47,281 bases of DNA from an uncultured Candidatus Saccharibacteria bacterium (GTDB lineage: Bacteria; Patescibacteriota; Minisyncoccia; Phycocordibacterales; GWA1-40-21), in assembly GCA_964485905.1 (NCBI GenBank), contig CAZAJY010000002.1, positions 1 through 47,281 on the forward strand, written 5' to 3'. Below are positions 7,304-16,330 of this stretch, piece after piece (within the stretch, counting starts at the first letter, position 1; the number at the start of each line of letters is the position of its first letter). The notes under the pieces were generated by a model. It was given only the letters and a program-made list of their open reading frames with translations. It ran no database searches and was not told the DNA's origin. Position numbers and translations under genes: made by a program.

Positions 7304-8917
7304 ATGGGATTTGCGAAAACTTATAGCGCACAACCAAGTGTGCTGGGTGCGAAAATTATTGATGTGGAAGTAGATATTTCCAAAGGATTAAATGCTTTTA
7401 CGGTCGTTGGTTTGGGAGATAAATCAGTGGAAGAAAGCAAGGACCGAATGGCGAGTGCTATCAAAAATTCTGGTTTTAAAAGTCCAAAACAATGTAATCA
7501 AAAAGTAGTTATTTCTTTAGCACCAGCTGATTTGAAAAAAGAAGGGCCGGTTTTTGATTTAGCAATGGCAATTGCTTATTTAACAGCCAATGAAGAAATA
7601 TTTTTTGATACAAAAGGTAAAATTTTTCTTGGGGAACTTTCATTAGATGGAAATTTAAGAAAAATTAGTGGAGTTTTGCCCGCTGTTGCCGAAGCTAAAC
7701 GAAAAGGTTTCAAAGAAATTTATTTACCAAAAGAAAATGCCCGTGAAGCGGCTTTAATTTCCGATATTTTAATTTATGGGGCTGAGACTTTAGAAGAAAT
7801 CATTAATCATTTAACTTTAGATGATAAAAAAGATGCTGATCCAGAAAGTTTTGAAGCTAACGAAAAAAATGTTGAAGAATTAACAAATCGTTTTCATAAA
7901 AATTCTGCAAAAATAAAAAGTCAGCCAAAAACCAAGATTGATTTACCTGATGAAGAAAATGAGATTGATTTTTCTGATGTGGTCGGCCAAGAAAGCGCGA
8001 AAAGGGGATTGGAAATAGCCGCCGCCGGCGGCCATAATATCGCTATGTATGGTCCGCCAGGAACCGGAAAAACTATGCTGGCCAAAGCTTTTTCTGGCAT
8101 TTTACCCCCACTCTCTTTTGAAGAAATTATAGAAATCACTGGTATACATTCCGTCGCCGGCACTCTGCGTGGTGATTTGGTTAGCGTTCCACCTATTCGC
8201 GCCCCACATCATACCGCCTCCTATGTTTCACTGGTTGGTGGTGGCACGATCCCTAAACCGGGTGAAGTAACGCTTGCTCATCGCGGAGTTTTATTTTTAG
8301 ATGAATTTCCAGAATTTGATAAAAAAGTATTAGAAACTTTGCGTCAACCATTGGAAGAAAGAGAGATTAGTATCTCACGCGCGCGCGGTTCCATCACCTT
8401 CCCAGCCAATTTTATTTTAATCGCAGCAATGAACCCCTGTCCTTGCGGAAATTATGGTTCCAAAACTAAAGAATGTATTTGCCGAGCGATTGATCTTTTA
8501 AAATATCAGAGAAAATTATCCGGCCCGATTATGGACCGTATTGATATGTGGGTTGAGGTTTCACAAATTAATCATTCTGATTTATCGGGCCGAAAAAGTG
8601 ACCAGCAAATTAAATCTAACCCAAAAATTAGAGACAGAATCGCTAAGGCAAGATTAATGCAGAAAAATAGATTTGCCAATTTGAGACGTAAGGTAAAAAC
8701 TAATAGTGAAATGAATTCTAAAGATATTTCTAATTTAATAGAATTATCAAAAGATGTTAAAGATATTTTAGATCGAAGCGCCGTCAAACTTGATCTCTCG
8801 GCTCGTGCCTATCACCGGGTTATAAAATTAGCCCGCACCATTGCGGATTTGGAACAGAAAAAAGAAATAGAGTTAAGCCATATCCTGGAGGCGTTGCAAT
8901 ATAGACCTAAAAATTGA
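7304..8917 (+). CDS. comM: YifB/ComM-family Mg-chelatase-like AAA+ ATPase
   Basis: 537 aa. It has an N-terminal Lon-protease-like ChlI region, Walker A GPPGTGKTMLAK, Walker B GVLFLDEFPEF and a zinc-cluster-like NPCPCGNYGS..C.C. Confidence 0.9.
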   Translation: MGFAKTYSAQPSVLGAKIIDVEVDISKGLNAFTVVGLGDKSVEESKDRMASAIKNSGFKSPKQCNQKVVISLAPADLKKEGPVFDLAMAIAYLTANEEIFFDTKGKIFLGELSLDGNLRKISGVLPAVAEAKRKGFKEIYLPKENAREAALISDILIYGAETLEEIINHLTLDDKKDADPESFEANEKNVEELTNRFHKNSAKIKSQPKTKIDLPDEENEIDFSDVVGQESAKRGLEIAAAGGHNIAMYGPPGTGKTMLAKAFSGILPPLSFEEIIEITGIHSVAGTLRGDLVSVPPIRAPHHTASYVSLVGGGTIPKPGEVTLAHRGVLFLDEFPEFDKKVLETLRQPLEEREISISRARGSITFPANFILIAAMNPCPCGNYGSKTKECICRAIDLLKYQRKLSGPIMDRIDMWVEVSQINHSDLSGRKSDQQIKSNPKIRDRIAKARLMQKNRFANLRRKVKTNSEMNSKDISNLIELSKDVKDILDRSAVKLDLSARAYHRVIKLARTIADLEQKKEIELSHILEALQYRPKN

Positions 8918-8939
8918 AAGGATTAATTCTGACATAAAT

Positions 8940-9995
8940 TTAAAATGGATTTTTAGCACCACGAATTTCAAAGTGTAAATGTGGACCAGTAGACTTTCCA
9001 GTATTACCGGAATAACCAATCAATTGACCTTGGGTGACCGTCTGTCCAACAGATATAACAGTCTGGCTTAAGTGAGCATAGACCGTTTGTGTACCATTAG
9101 GATGTTTAATAACAATATAATCACCATAACCTCCATTCCAACCAGAATTTTTACTAATCAAAATTGAACCCTTGGCGGCAGCATAAATTGGTGTTCCTAC
9201 CGGCATACCATAATCCACAGCATTATATCCGTGAAGCCCTTGTGTTCTGCGTCCACTAACAAATGGTTTAATGTAATCACCATTCAAATCTGGTCCTCCA
9301 GAAGTAACTAAACTTGAACCTGAAGTTGATGGGCGAATAGAAGATGAAACTTGGCCGTCGGGGATTAAAACAGTATCACCGATGGCTAAAATTGCGGACA
9401 CTTTCAAATCATTAAAGCTGGCAATTTCATCAATATCACCACTATATTTCTTAGCAATAGTACTCAACGTATCACCCCTGACTACAGTATGTATAACACC
9501 AGAAATCGGTAAGATAACCAAAGTCTGTCCAATTTTAAGTGTAGAACCTTTCGTCATGTCGTTAGCCCATAAAAGAGTATTAACAGAAACATCAAACATT
9601 TTAGCAATACCCGCTAATGTATCTCCACTTCTCACAACATAAGTACTAATTTGACCATTAGAATTATTAATTGCTTCTGGTGCGACATTTGAAGGTCCAA
9701 CCTCTGATAATAAGGCATCACCGCCATCAATCACTACCCCAGACCCAGTTCTAAGAGCAAGCTCGGAATTAATGACCGGTTCTGGCAAGGGCATATTTTG
9801 GGAATTTGTTTTAATAATCGTTTCCGTCTGAGCCAAAGCGTCTTGGCCCGAAAACATATCAGAAAGAAAAGACAAAACCCCAGCATGGGTAACCGGGGAC
9901 CAGAACAAACTCAGGGCAATCAAGGCAAAGCAAAAAGACTTTCCCAATGAAAGCCAAATACACTTAGAACCTTTATTGTTTAATTTAAAATTCAT
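8940..9995 (-). CDS. Secreted LysM-domain M23 metallopeptidase (peptidoglycan hydrolase)
   Basis: 351 aa. Two LysM repeats (YVVRSGDTLAGIAKMFDVSVNTLLWAN and HTVVRGDTLSTIAKKYSGDIDEIASFN) are followed by M23 motifs HGYNAVDYGMPVGTPIYAA and GPHLHFEI. Confidence 0.9.
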   Translation of the reverse strand: MNFKLNNKGSKCIWLSLGKSFCFALIALSLFWSPVTHAGVLSFLSDMFSGQDALAQTETIIKTNSQNMPLPEPVINSELALRTGSGVVIDGGDALLSEVGPSNVAPEAINNSNGQISTYVVRSGDTLAGIAKMFDVSVNTLLWANDMTKGSTLKIGQTLVILPISGVIHTVVRGDTLSTIAKKYSGDIDEIASFNDLKVSAILAIGDTVLIPDGQVSSSIRPSTSGSSLVTSGGPDLNGDYIKPFVSGRRTQGLHGYNAVDYGMPVGTPIYAAAKGSILISKNSGWNGGYGDYIVIKHPNGTQTVYAHLSQTVISVGQTVTQGQLIGYSGNTGKSTGPHLHFEIRGAKNPF

Positions 9996-10152
9996 AATGA
10001 GGTAATTTCAGAGGCAGAAAACTCAGAAAACCGTCTGGCGAGGCATCAAAACTGGTGAATTACCTACAATCATAGGATAGCAAAAAGGGGGTCTAAAATC
10101 AAGAACTGGCCATACCCCCTGTGGATATCTCAAAGTATGTTATGATAGGCGG

Positions 10153-12060
10153 ATGGATCAGCTTAATCAACAGCAAAAAGAGGCGGTTTTACATACGAAT
10201 GGGCCCCTTTTAATCATTGCTGGGGCTGGGGCTGGTAAGACAAAGACCTTAACCTGCCGAATCAAACATTTGATTGAAACAGGCCTTGAACCAAAAAACA
10301 TTTTAGCCATCACCTTTACTAATAAAGCGGCTAAAGAGATGCGTGATCGAGTATTAAGAATGATAGGGGATGAAAGACCTTTTATTAGCACCTTTCACTC
10401 GCTGGGTGTCCATATCCTAAAAGAAAATAGCCGGGAGATCGGTTTGACTCGACATTTTTCCATTTTTGATAAAAACGATTCGCAAAAAGCGATTAAAGAT
10501 ATTATTAAAGAACTGGGTCTAGATCCAAAACAATATGAGCCAAATAAAATTTTAAATATTATCTCGCGAGAAAAAAGTAATTTAAAAAACGCCGAGGATT
10601 TTGTCGAGTCTATTCGCGGCGAAAATTCTACCGCCTTTCATAAGCTAATTGCCAGAATCTGGACAGAATATGAAAAAAAATTAAAAACTGAAAAGGCCCT
10701 AGACTTCGATGATTTACTTCTAAAAACTTATAAATTATTAAAAAATAAGAAAGAGATTCGAGAAAAGTATCAAAATATTTGGTCACATGTTCATATTGAT
10801 GAGTATCAAGATACCAACCAGGTACAATATATGATTGTTAAACTGTTAGTTGAGAAACATCAAAATATTTGCGTGGTGGGGGACATTGATCAAAATATTT
10901 ATAGCTGGCGTGGAGCTGATATAAAAAATATTTTAAATTTTGAAAAAGATTATCCCAAAGCCAAAGTTATTCTCTTGGAAGAAAATTATCGTTCCACCCA
11001 AAATATCTTAACCGTCGCTAATAGTATTATCAAAAAAAATATTAATCGAGTAGAAAAAAATCTTTTCACAAAAAATGGTGCGGGTGAAAAAATATCTCTC
11101 TATGCCGGCTTTAATGAAATAGAGGAGGCACAATATATCGCTAATAAAAGTAAGGAATTAATTGCCTCGGGTGTCTCGGCCCAAGAAATCGCTGTTCTTT
11201 ATCGGGCAAACTTTCAATCACGAGCCTTGGAAGATGCTTTTCTGACCAAAAGCGTGCCTTATCAAGTTTTGGGTACAAAATTTTTTGAAAGAAAGGAGGT
11301 AAAAGATATTATTTCTTTTCTTCGGGCGGGGCTTAATCCTGATAGTCTAACTGACATTAAAAGAATAATAAATGTCCCGGCCCGGGGTCTAGGCAAAGTC
11401 ACTATTCTCAAAATTTTTTCGGGACAAAAGGAAGATTTACCAGCTAGCACTAAAATAAAAGTAGATCATTTTTTTACTCTGCTGAAAAAAATTGGGGAAG
11501 TGGCTTTAGAGAAAAAACCATCGGAAGTAATTAAGTTTATTATCACTGAAACCGGCATTGAAAAAGAATTAAAGGATGGTAACGATGAAGACAAAGAAAG
11601 GTTGGAAAATATGCGCGAATTGGCGACTTTAGCAATTAAATATGATTATTTACCGTTGGGGGAAGGAGTAGAAAAATTAATTGAAGAAGCCGCTTTAGCT
11701 ACCGATCAGGATAGCTTAAACAAAAATGAAGACGCGGTAAAATTAATGACCGTCCACGCGGCCAAAGGCCTGGAATTTGATTATGTTTTTATTACTGGAT
11801 TGGAGGAAGGGCTATTTCCCCATGAACGAATGAACACCGTAAAAAATAAAGAGGGCGGGGAGGAGGAAAGACGATTATTTTATGTTGCCCTAACGCGAGC
11901 GCGCAAGAAAATCTTCCTGACTTACGCCAATGCTCGCACCATCTTCGGTTCACCACAGATAAATATTCCCTCACAATTTTTATCTGACATTGAAGAAGAA
12001 TTTTTAGAGGAGGATAAATCATTTGAATATCGGGAGAAAATAATATATCTTGATCTGTAA
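10153..12060 (+). CDS. UvrD/PcrA/Rep-family SF1 DNA helicase
   Basis: 635 aa. Motifs are Walker A AGAGAGKTKTL, motif II HIDEYQDTN, LEENYRST and VHAAKGLEFDYVFI. Confidence 0.92.
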   Translation: MDQLNQQQKEAVLHTNGPLLIIAGAGAGKTKTLTCRIKHLIETGLEPKNILAITFTNKAAKEMRDRVLRMIGDERPFISTFHSLGVHILKENSREIGLTRHFSIFDKNDSQKAIKDIIKELGLDPKQYEPNKILNIISREKSNLKNAEDFVESIRGENSTAFHKLIARIWTEYEKKLKTEKALDFDDLLLKTYKLLKNKKEIREKYQNIWSHVHIDEYQDTNQVQYMIVKLLVEKHQNICVVGDIDQNIYSWRGADIKNILNFEKDYPKAKVILLEENYRSTQNILTVANSIIKKNINRVEKNLFTKNGAGEKISLYAGFNEIEEAQYIANKSKELIASGVSAQEIAVLYRANFQSRALEDAFLTKSVPYQVLGTKFFERKEVKDIISFLRAGLNPDSLTDIKRIINVPARGLGKVTILKIFSGQKEDLPASTKIKVDHFFTLLKKIGEVALEKKPSEVIKFIITETGIEKELKDGNDEDKERLENMRELATLAIKYDYLPLGEGVEKLIEEAALATDQDSLNKNEDAVKLMTVHAAKGLEFDYVFITGLEEGLFPHERMNTVKNKEGGEEERRLFYVALTRARKKIFLTYANARTIFGSPQINIPSQFLSDIEEEFLEEDKSFEYREKIIYLDL

Positions 12061-12887
12061 TGGAAAACGTAATCGCAAAAAAATCATTAGGGCAAAATTG
12101 GTTGAAATCCAAAGTGGCTTTAAATAAGATGCTAGAAGCGGGAGACGTAACCGCCGATGATATTGTCTTGGAAGTGGGGCCCGGGCAGGGAATTTTGACG
12201 GAAAAACTGCTAGAAAAAGCCAAAAAAGTAATCGCCGTAGAAAAAGATGATCGTCTAATTTCTTTTTTACAAGAAAAATTTACTAATGAAATTGATTCTG
12301 GCAATCTTATTCTTATTCATTCTGATATTCTAAATTTTGATACACAATACTGGATACCCGATACTCAATACAAACTCATTGCTAATATTCCTTATTATAT
12401 TACTGGACAATTTTTACGAAAATTTTTGGCTACACCGAGTTCTCTAAACTCGGTCGCCCGATCCACTAAGAGTGGGTTTAGGGAAACAAAAAATCAGCCA
12501 AGTAAAATCGTCATAATGGTGCAAAAAGAAATCGCCCAGAGAATTGTGGCTAACGATAAAAAAGAAAGTATTTTATCTATCAGTGTTAAAGCTTATGGCC
12601 AGCCTAAAATGATTATGAAAGTGGGCAAGGAAAATTTTTCTCCAGCTCCCAAAGTAGATTCAGCGATTTTATTAATTAATAATATTTCTAAAGATTTTTT
12701 CACTCAAAATAAAATATCGGAAGAAAAATTCTTCGCCATTCTCCACGCCGGCTTTGCTCACAAAAGAAAAATATTATCTTCCAATCTCAAGGGCTTTGTT
12801 TCACCCGAAAAACTCGCCAGTTTAACACCCAAAATCAGGGCTGAGGATTTAAATTTGGAGGGATGGGGAAGATTAGGAAATAAATAA
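12060..12887 (+). CDS. rsmA: 16S rRNA (adenine1518/1519-N6)-dimethyltransferase
   Basis: 275 aa. Motifs are KSLGQNWL, VLEVGPGQGILTEKL, ANIPYYIT, MVQKEIAQRI and SPAPKVDSAI. Its start overlaps the helicase stop (TAATG). Confidence 0.9.
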   Translation: MENVIAKKSLGQNWLKSKVALNKMLEAGDVTADDIVLEVGPGQGILTEKLLEKAKKVIAVEKDDRLISFLQEKFTNEIDSGNLILIHSDILNFDTQYWIPDTQYKLIANIPYYITGQFLRKFLATPSSLNSVARSTKSGFRETKNQPSKIVIMVQKEIAQRIVANDKKESILSISVKAYGQPKMIMKVGKENFSPAPKVDSAILLINNISKDFFTQNKISEEKFFAILHAGFAHKRKILSSNLKGFVSPEKLASLTPKIRAEDLNLEGWGRLGNK

Positions 12888-12891
12888 AAGA

Positions 12892-15246
12892 TTAAAACCC
12901 CAACCCACCCGTAGTCGTATTCGAGTTATTTGCTTCTTGATCTTCAGACCAACCCTCACCCTGTAAAGTAAGATAGGCCCTAATTATCTTTGGATGTTCA
13001 CCATAAAGTGAACATCTAACATCATCGCCCACAACCAAATCTAAGACTTCTCCTGTTGAGGGGAGAGAGTAAGGAACAGAATATGAATAATCAGTGAATT
13101 GCTCATCTTCCTCACTGGTTAATCCACCTAGAAGCATTCCAGATAAAAGATTATCGACAAGCTGTGACTCTCCCAAAACCCAAACATACTGTCTCGGTTC
13201 AGAATTGGAATAGGAATAGACTGGAAGCATCATGTTTTGAAGTGGTCCAATACAAGTCTGTGGTTCAGCGATTACTTGAACATGGTCAAGGTCCTTGGCT
13301 TCTGAATCAGTTCCTTTCGTTGCAGGATTTGCGGAACTTCCAGAACCCGAATTAGAGCCAAAACCACCAGAGGAACCACTATAACTATCGGAACAAACTG
13401 GACTAGACGGAGTTTGATCAGAAATAGCTGGAACTGAGCTACTACAATTAACCGTTCCGCTCCCCTTAGGACTTAACTGCTGACCAAAATAAGAGAGAAC
13501 TTCGGTTTTAAGAGAGACCATATTTCCTGGCGTTAAGTTACATTTAGCAAAAATACCGTTTATTGTCCCAGATACCTGTTTGTCTGCTCGCTGAGAATAA
13601 CCGTCACCATAAACAGTTGCCCAAGCCGGCTCATTAGTCACATAATGGATTGGTTCCCCGTGACCAACACTACACTGAGCCATCCCCGCCGGCACTCGCC
13701 CTTGGTTTACCGCATGCCTAATATCTTCATTCGCATCAAAGGTGCATACTGTCTTTCCAATTAAATTTTTGATTGTTCCGCCCGTATAAATATCACCGGT
13801 ATTATTCTTAGTAAAATCAAGTTTGTAACCACGGCTGGTAGTATAAGTAAACTTTATTTTATCCGCAACACCGACGGGTTTTGGTGGAATGACACAAGAA
13901 TTAGTGTCTACAGTCTTAGTGGCCTTACCATAGGATACAGACAATCTGCCACCATTACCGGTTGGTGACCATAAGAAATCTGTTGGTATTTCATTACTGG
14001 AACCGGTCGAAAAGGGAGTTAAATTCACTTGAACTGCTTTATTAACTGTAATCTTACTGTTAGAGCAAGATAAATTATAGGTTTGGACCTTACTAAATCT
14101 ATTCGGTGGTACATAAGTACAGGTATTAATAGTTGTACTAGGATTAGAAATACTACAACGAGAACCGTTAGTCAACTGAACAAAGGAACCGTCAGGATAA
14201 TTACCACCGGCCTGACTAAAATTAATGGTGCTGGCATATTTACCAGAAGCTGTCCCCATTACTCCAGCTTCAATCAGGGTACCATCAGGGGCAAAAACTG
14301 CTGGGCCTTTATACGCATTAATGTAATCAGTGGTCGGAAAACTTAAATGATAAATAGTGGCACTGCCCTGAGAAAGACCTGGTAATTGTCCTTGCCATTC
14401 TGGCGTTACCGGCGAGGCCGAAGCCGAGCAAGATAAACCACCTGTATTCCAAGTAAGGGTATGGGGTTGATTACCTTGAAGGGTGACCGAAGTTTGACCA
14501 TTGACCAAAAAGGATACTCCACTGGTTACCGAAGTCGCGTCTAAAACAGGATCTGTCCCCACTACACAATTAAGAGCTCGGCGAGCTATATTTGCCTTAT
14601 TGGCTGGAACAATTTGTACACTAATAAGCAAATCTACAAATTGGCAAATGGTGGAACTAGTACAATCTAAAGCCGTACGAGCCAAAGTAGCTTTGTCTGA
14701 GCTTATTATTCCACTAGTAATTAAAAGATCTACCAATTGACAAGCGGTCACAGCTGGTTCAGTTTCTGTCACAATCGGCTCTGATACAGAACTTCCACCA
14801 TTTCCCTGAGGTGAACCAACAGATTCATAGGTAAAAAAATCTCCAATTAATAGATTAAGCTTGGTTCTGGTTGGTAAATCAACTCGGCCATTAGCTTCAT
14901 TTAAACTATTTAAAGTCAAAACAGTGTCTTTATATTTGTTCTGAAACTTTACAACCGCCGCCTGGGTCGCTGGACCAAAATAAGTAGTTTCCTGACCACG
15001 GGAATCCTCCCCGTCAATATTAATCATCGTTTCCGGATCGGCATTTAACATTTTTTGCAATTCCTGGACATCTGGATCAATATCACCTAAACGCAAATCC
15101 ATTTTAAAAGAAAAACCGACCGGCACCACACTTTTTAAACTCCCAATATTACTATTCAAAAGCTCGGCCTTAACAATTGAAGGGGAAAATAAGACCACGG
15201 CCAACATCATTCCGCCCCATAAACTAAATAGATAATTTTTACACAT
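12892..15246 (-). CDS. Large Cys-rich secreted protein with an N-terminal peptidoglycan-binding (PG_binding_1-like) domain
   Basis: 784 aa. It has a signal-like N-terminus and LGDIDPDVQELQKMLN...YFGPATQAAVVKFQNKY. Two adjacent similar segments are present: CQLVDLLITSGIISSDKATLARTALDC and CQFVDLLISVQIVPANKANIARRALNC. Confidence 0.65.
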   Translation of the reverse strand: MCKNYLFSLWGGMMLAVVLFSPSIVKAELLNSNIGSLKSVVPVGFSFKMDLRLGDIDPDVQELQKMLNADPETMINIDGEDSRGQETTYFGPATQAAVVKFQNKYKDTVLTLNSLNEANGRVDLPTRTKLNLLIGDFFTYESVGSPQGNGGSSVSEPIVTETEPAVTACQLVDLLITSGIISSDKATLARTALDCTSSTICQFVDLLISVQIVPANKANIARRALNCVVGTDPVLDATSVTSGVSFLVNGQTSVTLQGNQPHTLTWNTGGLSCSASASPVTPEWQGQLPGLSQGSATIYHLSFPTTDYINAYKGPAVFAPDGTLIEAGVMGTASGKYASTINFSQAGGNYPDGSFVQLTNGSRCSISNPSTTINTCTYVPPNRFSKVQTYNLSCSNSKITVNKAVQVNLTPFSTGSSNEIPTDFLWSPTGNGGRLSVSYGKATKTVDTNSCVIPPKPVGVADKIKFTYTTSRGYKLDFTKNNTGDIYTGGTIKNLIGKTVCTFDANEDIRHAVNQGRVPAGMAQCSVGHGEPIHYVTNEPAWATVYGDGYSQRADKQVSGTINGIFAKCNLTPGNMVSLKTEVLSYFGQQLSPKGSGTVNCSSSVPAISDQTPSSPVCSDSYSGSSGGFGSNSGSGSSANPATKGTDSEAKDLDHVQVIAEPQTCIGPLQNMMLPVYSYSNSEPRQYVWVLGESQLVDNLLSGMLLGGLTSEEDEQFTDYSYSVPYSLPSTGEVLDLVVGDDVRCSLYGEHPKIIRAYLTLQGEGWSEDQEANNSNTTTGGLGF

Positions 15247-15303
15247 AATTTTTAATTTTTAGATTGTTTGATTATGTGGAATATGATACTATATTATCTG
15301 AAT

Positions 15304-16323
15304 ATGCACAAATATCTGCCGTCTAAGAAATTCATTTTAATCCTATCCTCAATAATTGTGGCGGTTTTGATTATTTGGCTAGCCAAAGTCTCAATCAACC
15401 ATTTTTCTGAATCAAAAGTCAAAAGAATTGAATCGCAACAGACGGCCATCCAAGAATTTAAAGATTTAGATACTGATGGTGATGGCTTACACGATTGGGA
15501 AGAAGCCCTGTGGAAAACCGATCCGAATAATCCCGACACCGATGGTGATGGCACTGCCGACGGGGAAGAGATAAAAGATAATCGCAATCCAGTAGTAGCC
15601 AATACCGCCCTAGATGGTCAAATGCCAACAGACAAAAAAGATGAAAAATTACTCGCCACAGAAAAAAAAGAGTTGGAAGATTTTAATAATTTATCCGCCA
15701 CAGAAAAAATGTCCCGAACCTTATTATCTACTTATTTAGTAACAAAAAACACCTCCAATGGTGCACCGATGACGACGCAAGACGAACAGTTGATTTTAGG
15801 TCAGGCTCTTAGTACAATCAGCACTACTTCTGGCGCTATTAGTGATAAATATACCTTGGCAGACATTAAAACCTTTACAACAACCGACACGGCCTCTCTT
15901 AAACAATACGGTAACCGCCTGGGTGCAATCACCGTTCTAAATTCTACCGTTCCCAAACAAAATGAACTGACCATTATTCAAGAAGCCTTAGCAACAGAAG
16001 ATGAGGAAGTCCTAAAAAAATTAGATCCGATTATCACCTACTACAAAAAAACTGCGGCTGATTTTATTGCCACCCCAGCTCCGGCCGAAATTGCCAATTT
16101 ACATTTAGCAATGATTAATAATCTATACAAAATCCAAACTAGCTTGGAAAAGATAAGAAATTTTTTCACCGACCCGGTTTTGGGTTTGTCAATTATACAA
16201 AATTATGACAATTTAGTTTTAGATTTCATAAAAGAAACAGTGGCTCTTAAGGTCTTTTATATCGGCAAAGGAGTGACTTTTTCCACCAATGAATATGGCT
16301 ATAATTTTATCAATACGATATAA
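15304..16323 (+). CDS. Membrane-anchored protein with thrombospondin type-3-like Ca-binding repeats
   Basis: The start is taken at the ATG at 15304 (MHKYLPSKKF...). It has one TM helix followed by DTDGDGLHDWEE and DPNNPDTDGDGTADGEE. Confidence 0.55.
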   Translation: MHKYLPSKKFILILSSIIVAVLIIWLAKVSINHFSESKVKRIESQQTAIQEFKDLDTDGDGLHDWEEALWKTDPNNPDTDGDGTADGEEIKDNRNPVVANTALDGQMPTDKKDEKLLATEKKELEDFNNLSATEKMSRTLLSTYLVTKNTSNGAPMTTQDEQLILGQALSTISTTSGAISDKYTLADIKTFTTTDTASLKQYGNRLGAITVLNSTVPKQNELTIIQEALATEDEEVLKKLDPIITYYKKTAADFIATPAPAEIANLHLAMINNLYKIQTSLEKIRNFFTDPVLGLSIIQNYDNLVLDFIKETVALKVFYIGKGVTFSTNEYGYNFINTI

Positions 16324-16330
16324 TAATAAG

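Noticed and set aside
9996-10152. Possible riboswitch or leader upstream of the M23 peptidase gene, such as a c-di-AMP-type element. Stems are AGGTAATT/AATTACCT and GGGGGT/ACCCCC.
   Set aside because: I could not match any riboswitch consensus from memory. The pairings are short and the region is also the divergent promoter for the helicase gene. I leave it unannotated pending an Rfam scan.
11792-12304. 170-aa minus-strand ORF antisense to the helicase/rsmA junction
   Set aside because: It is fully antisense to two motif-supported genes and has a low-complexity translation. It is a typical antisense shadow ORF, as are the other antisense ORFs under 125 aa listed in the track inside pnp, comM, VirB4, dnaA, PBP1A, tyrS and others.
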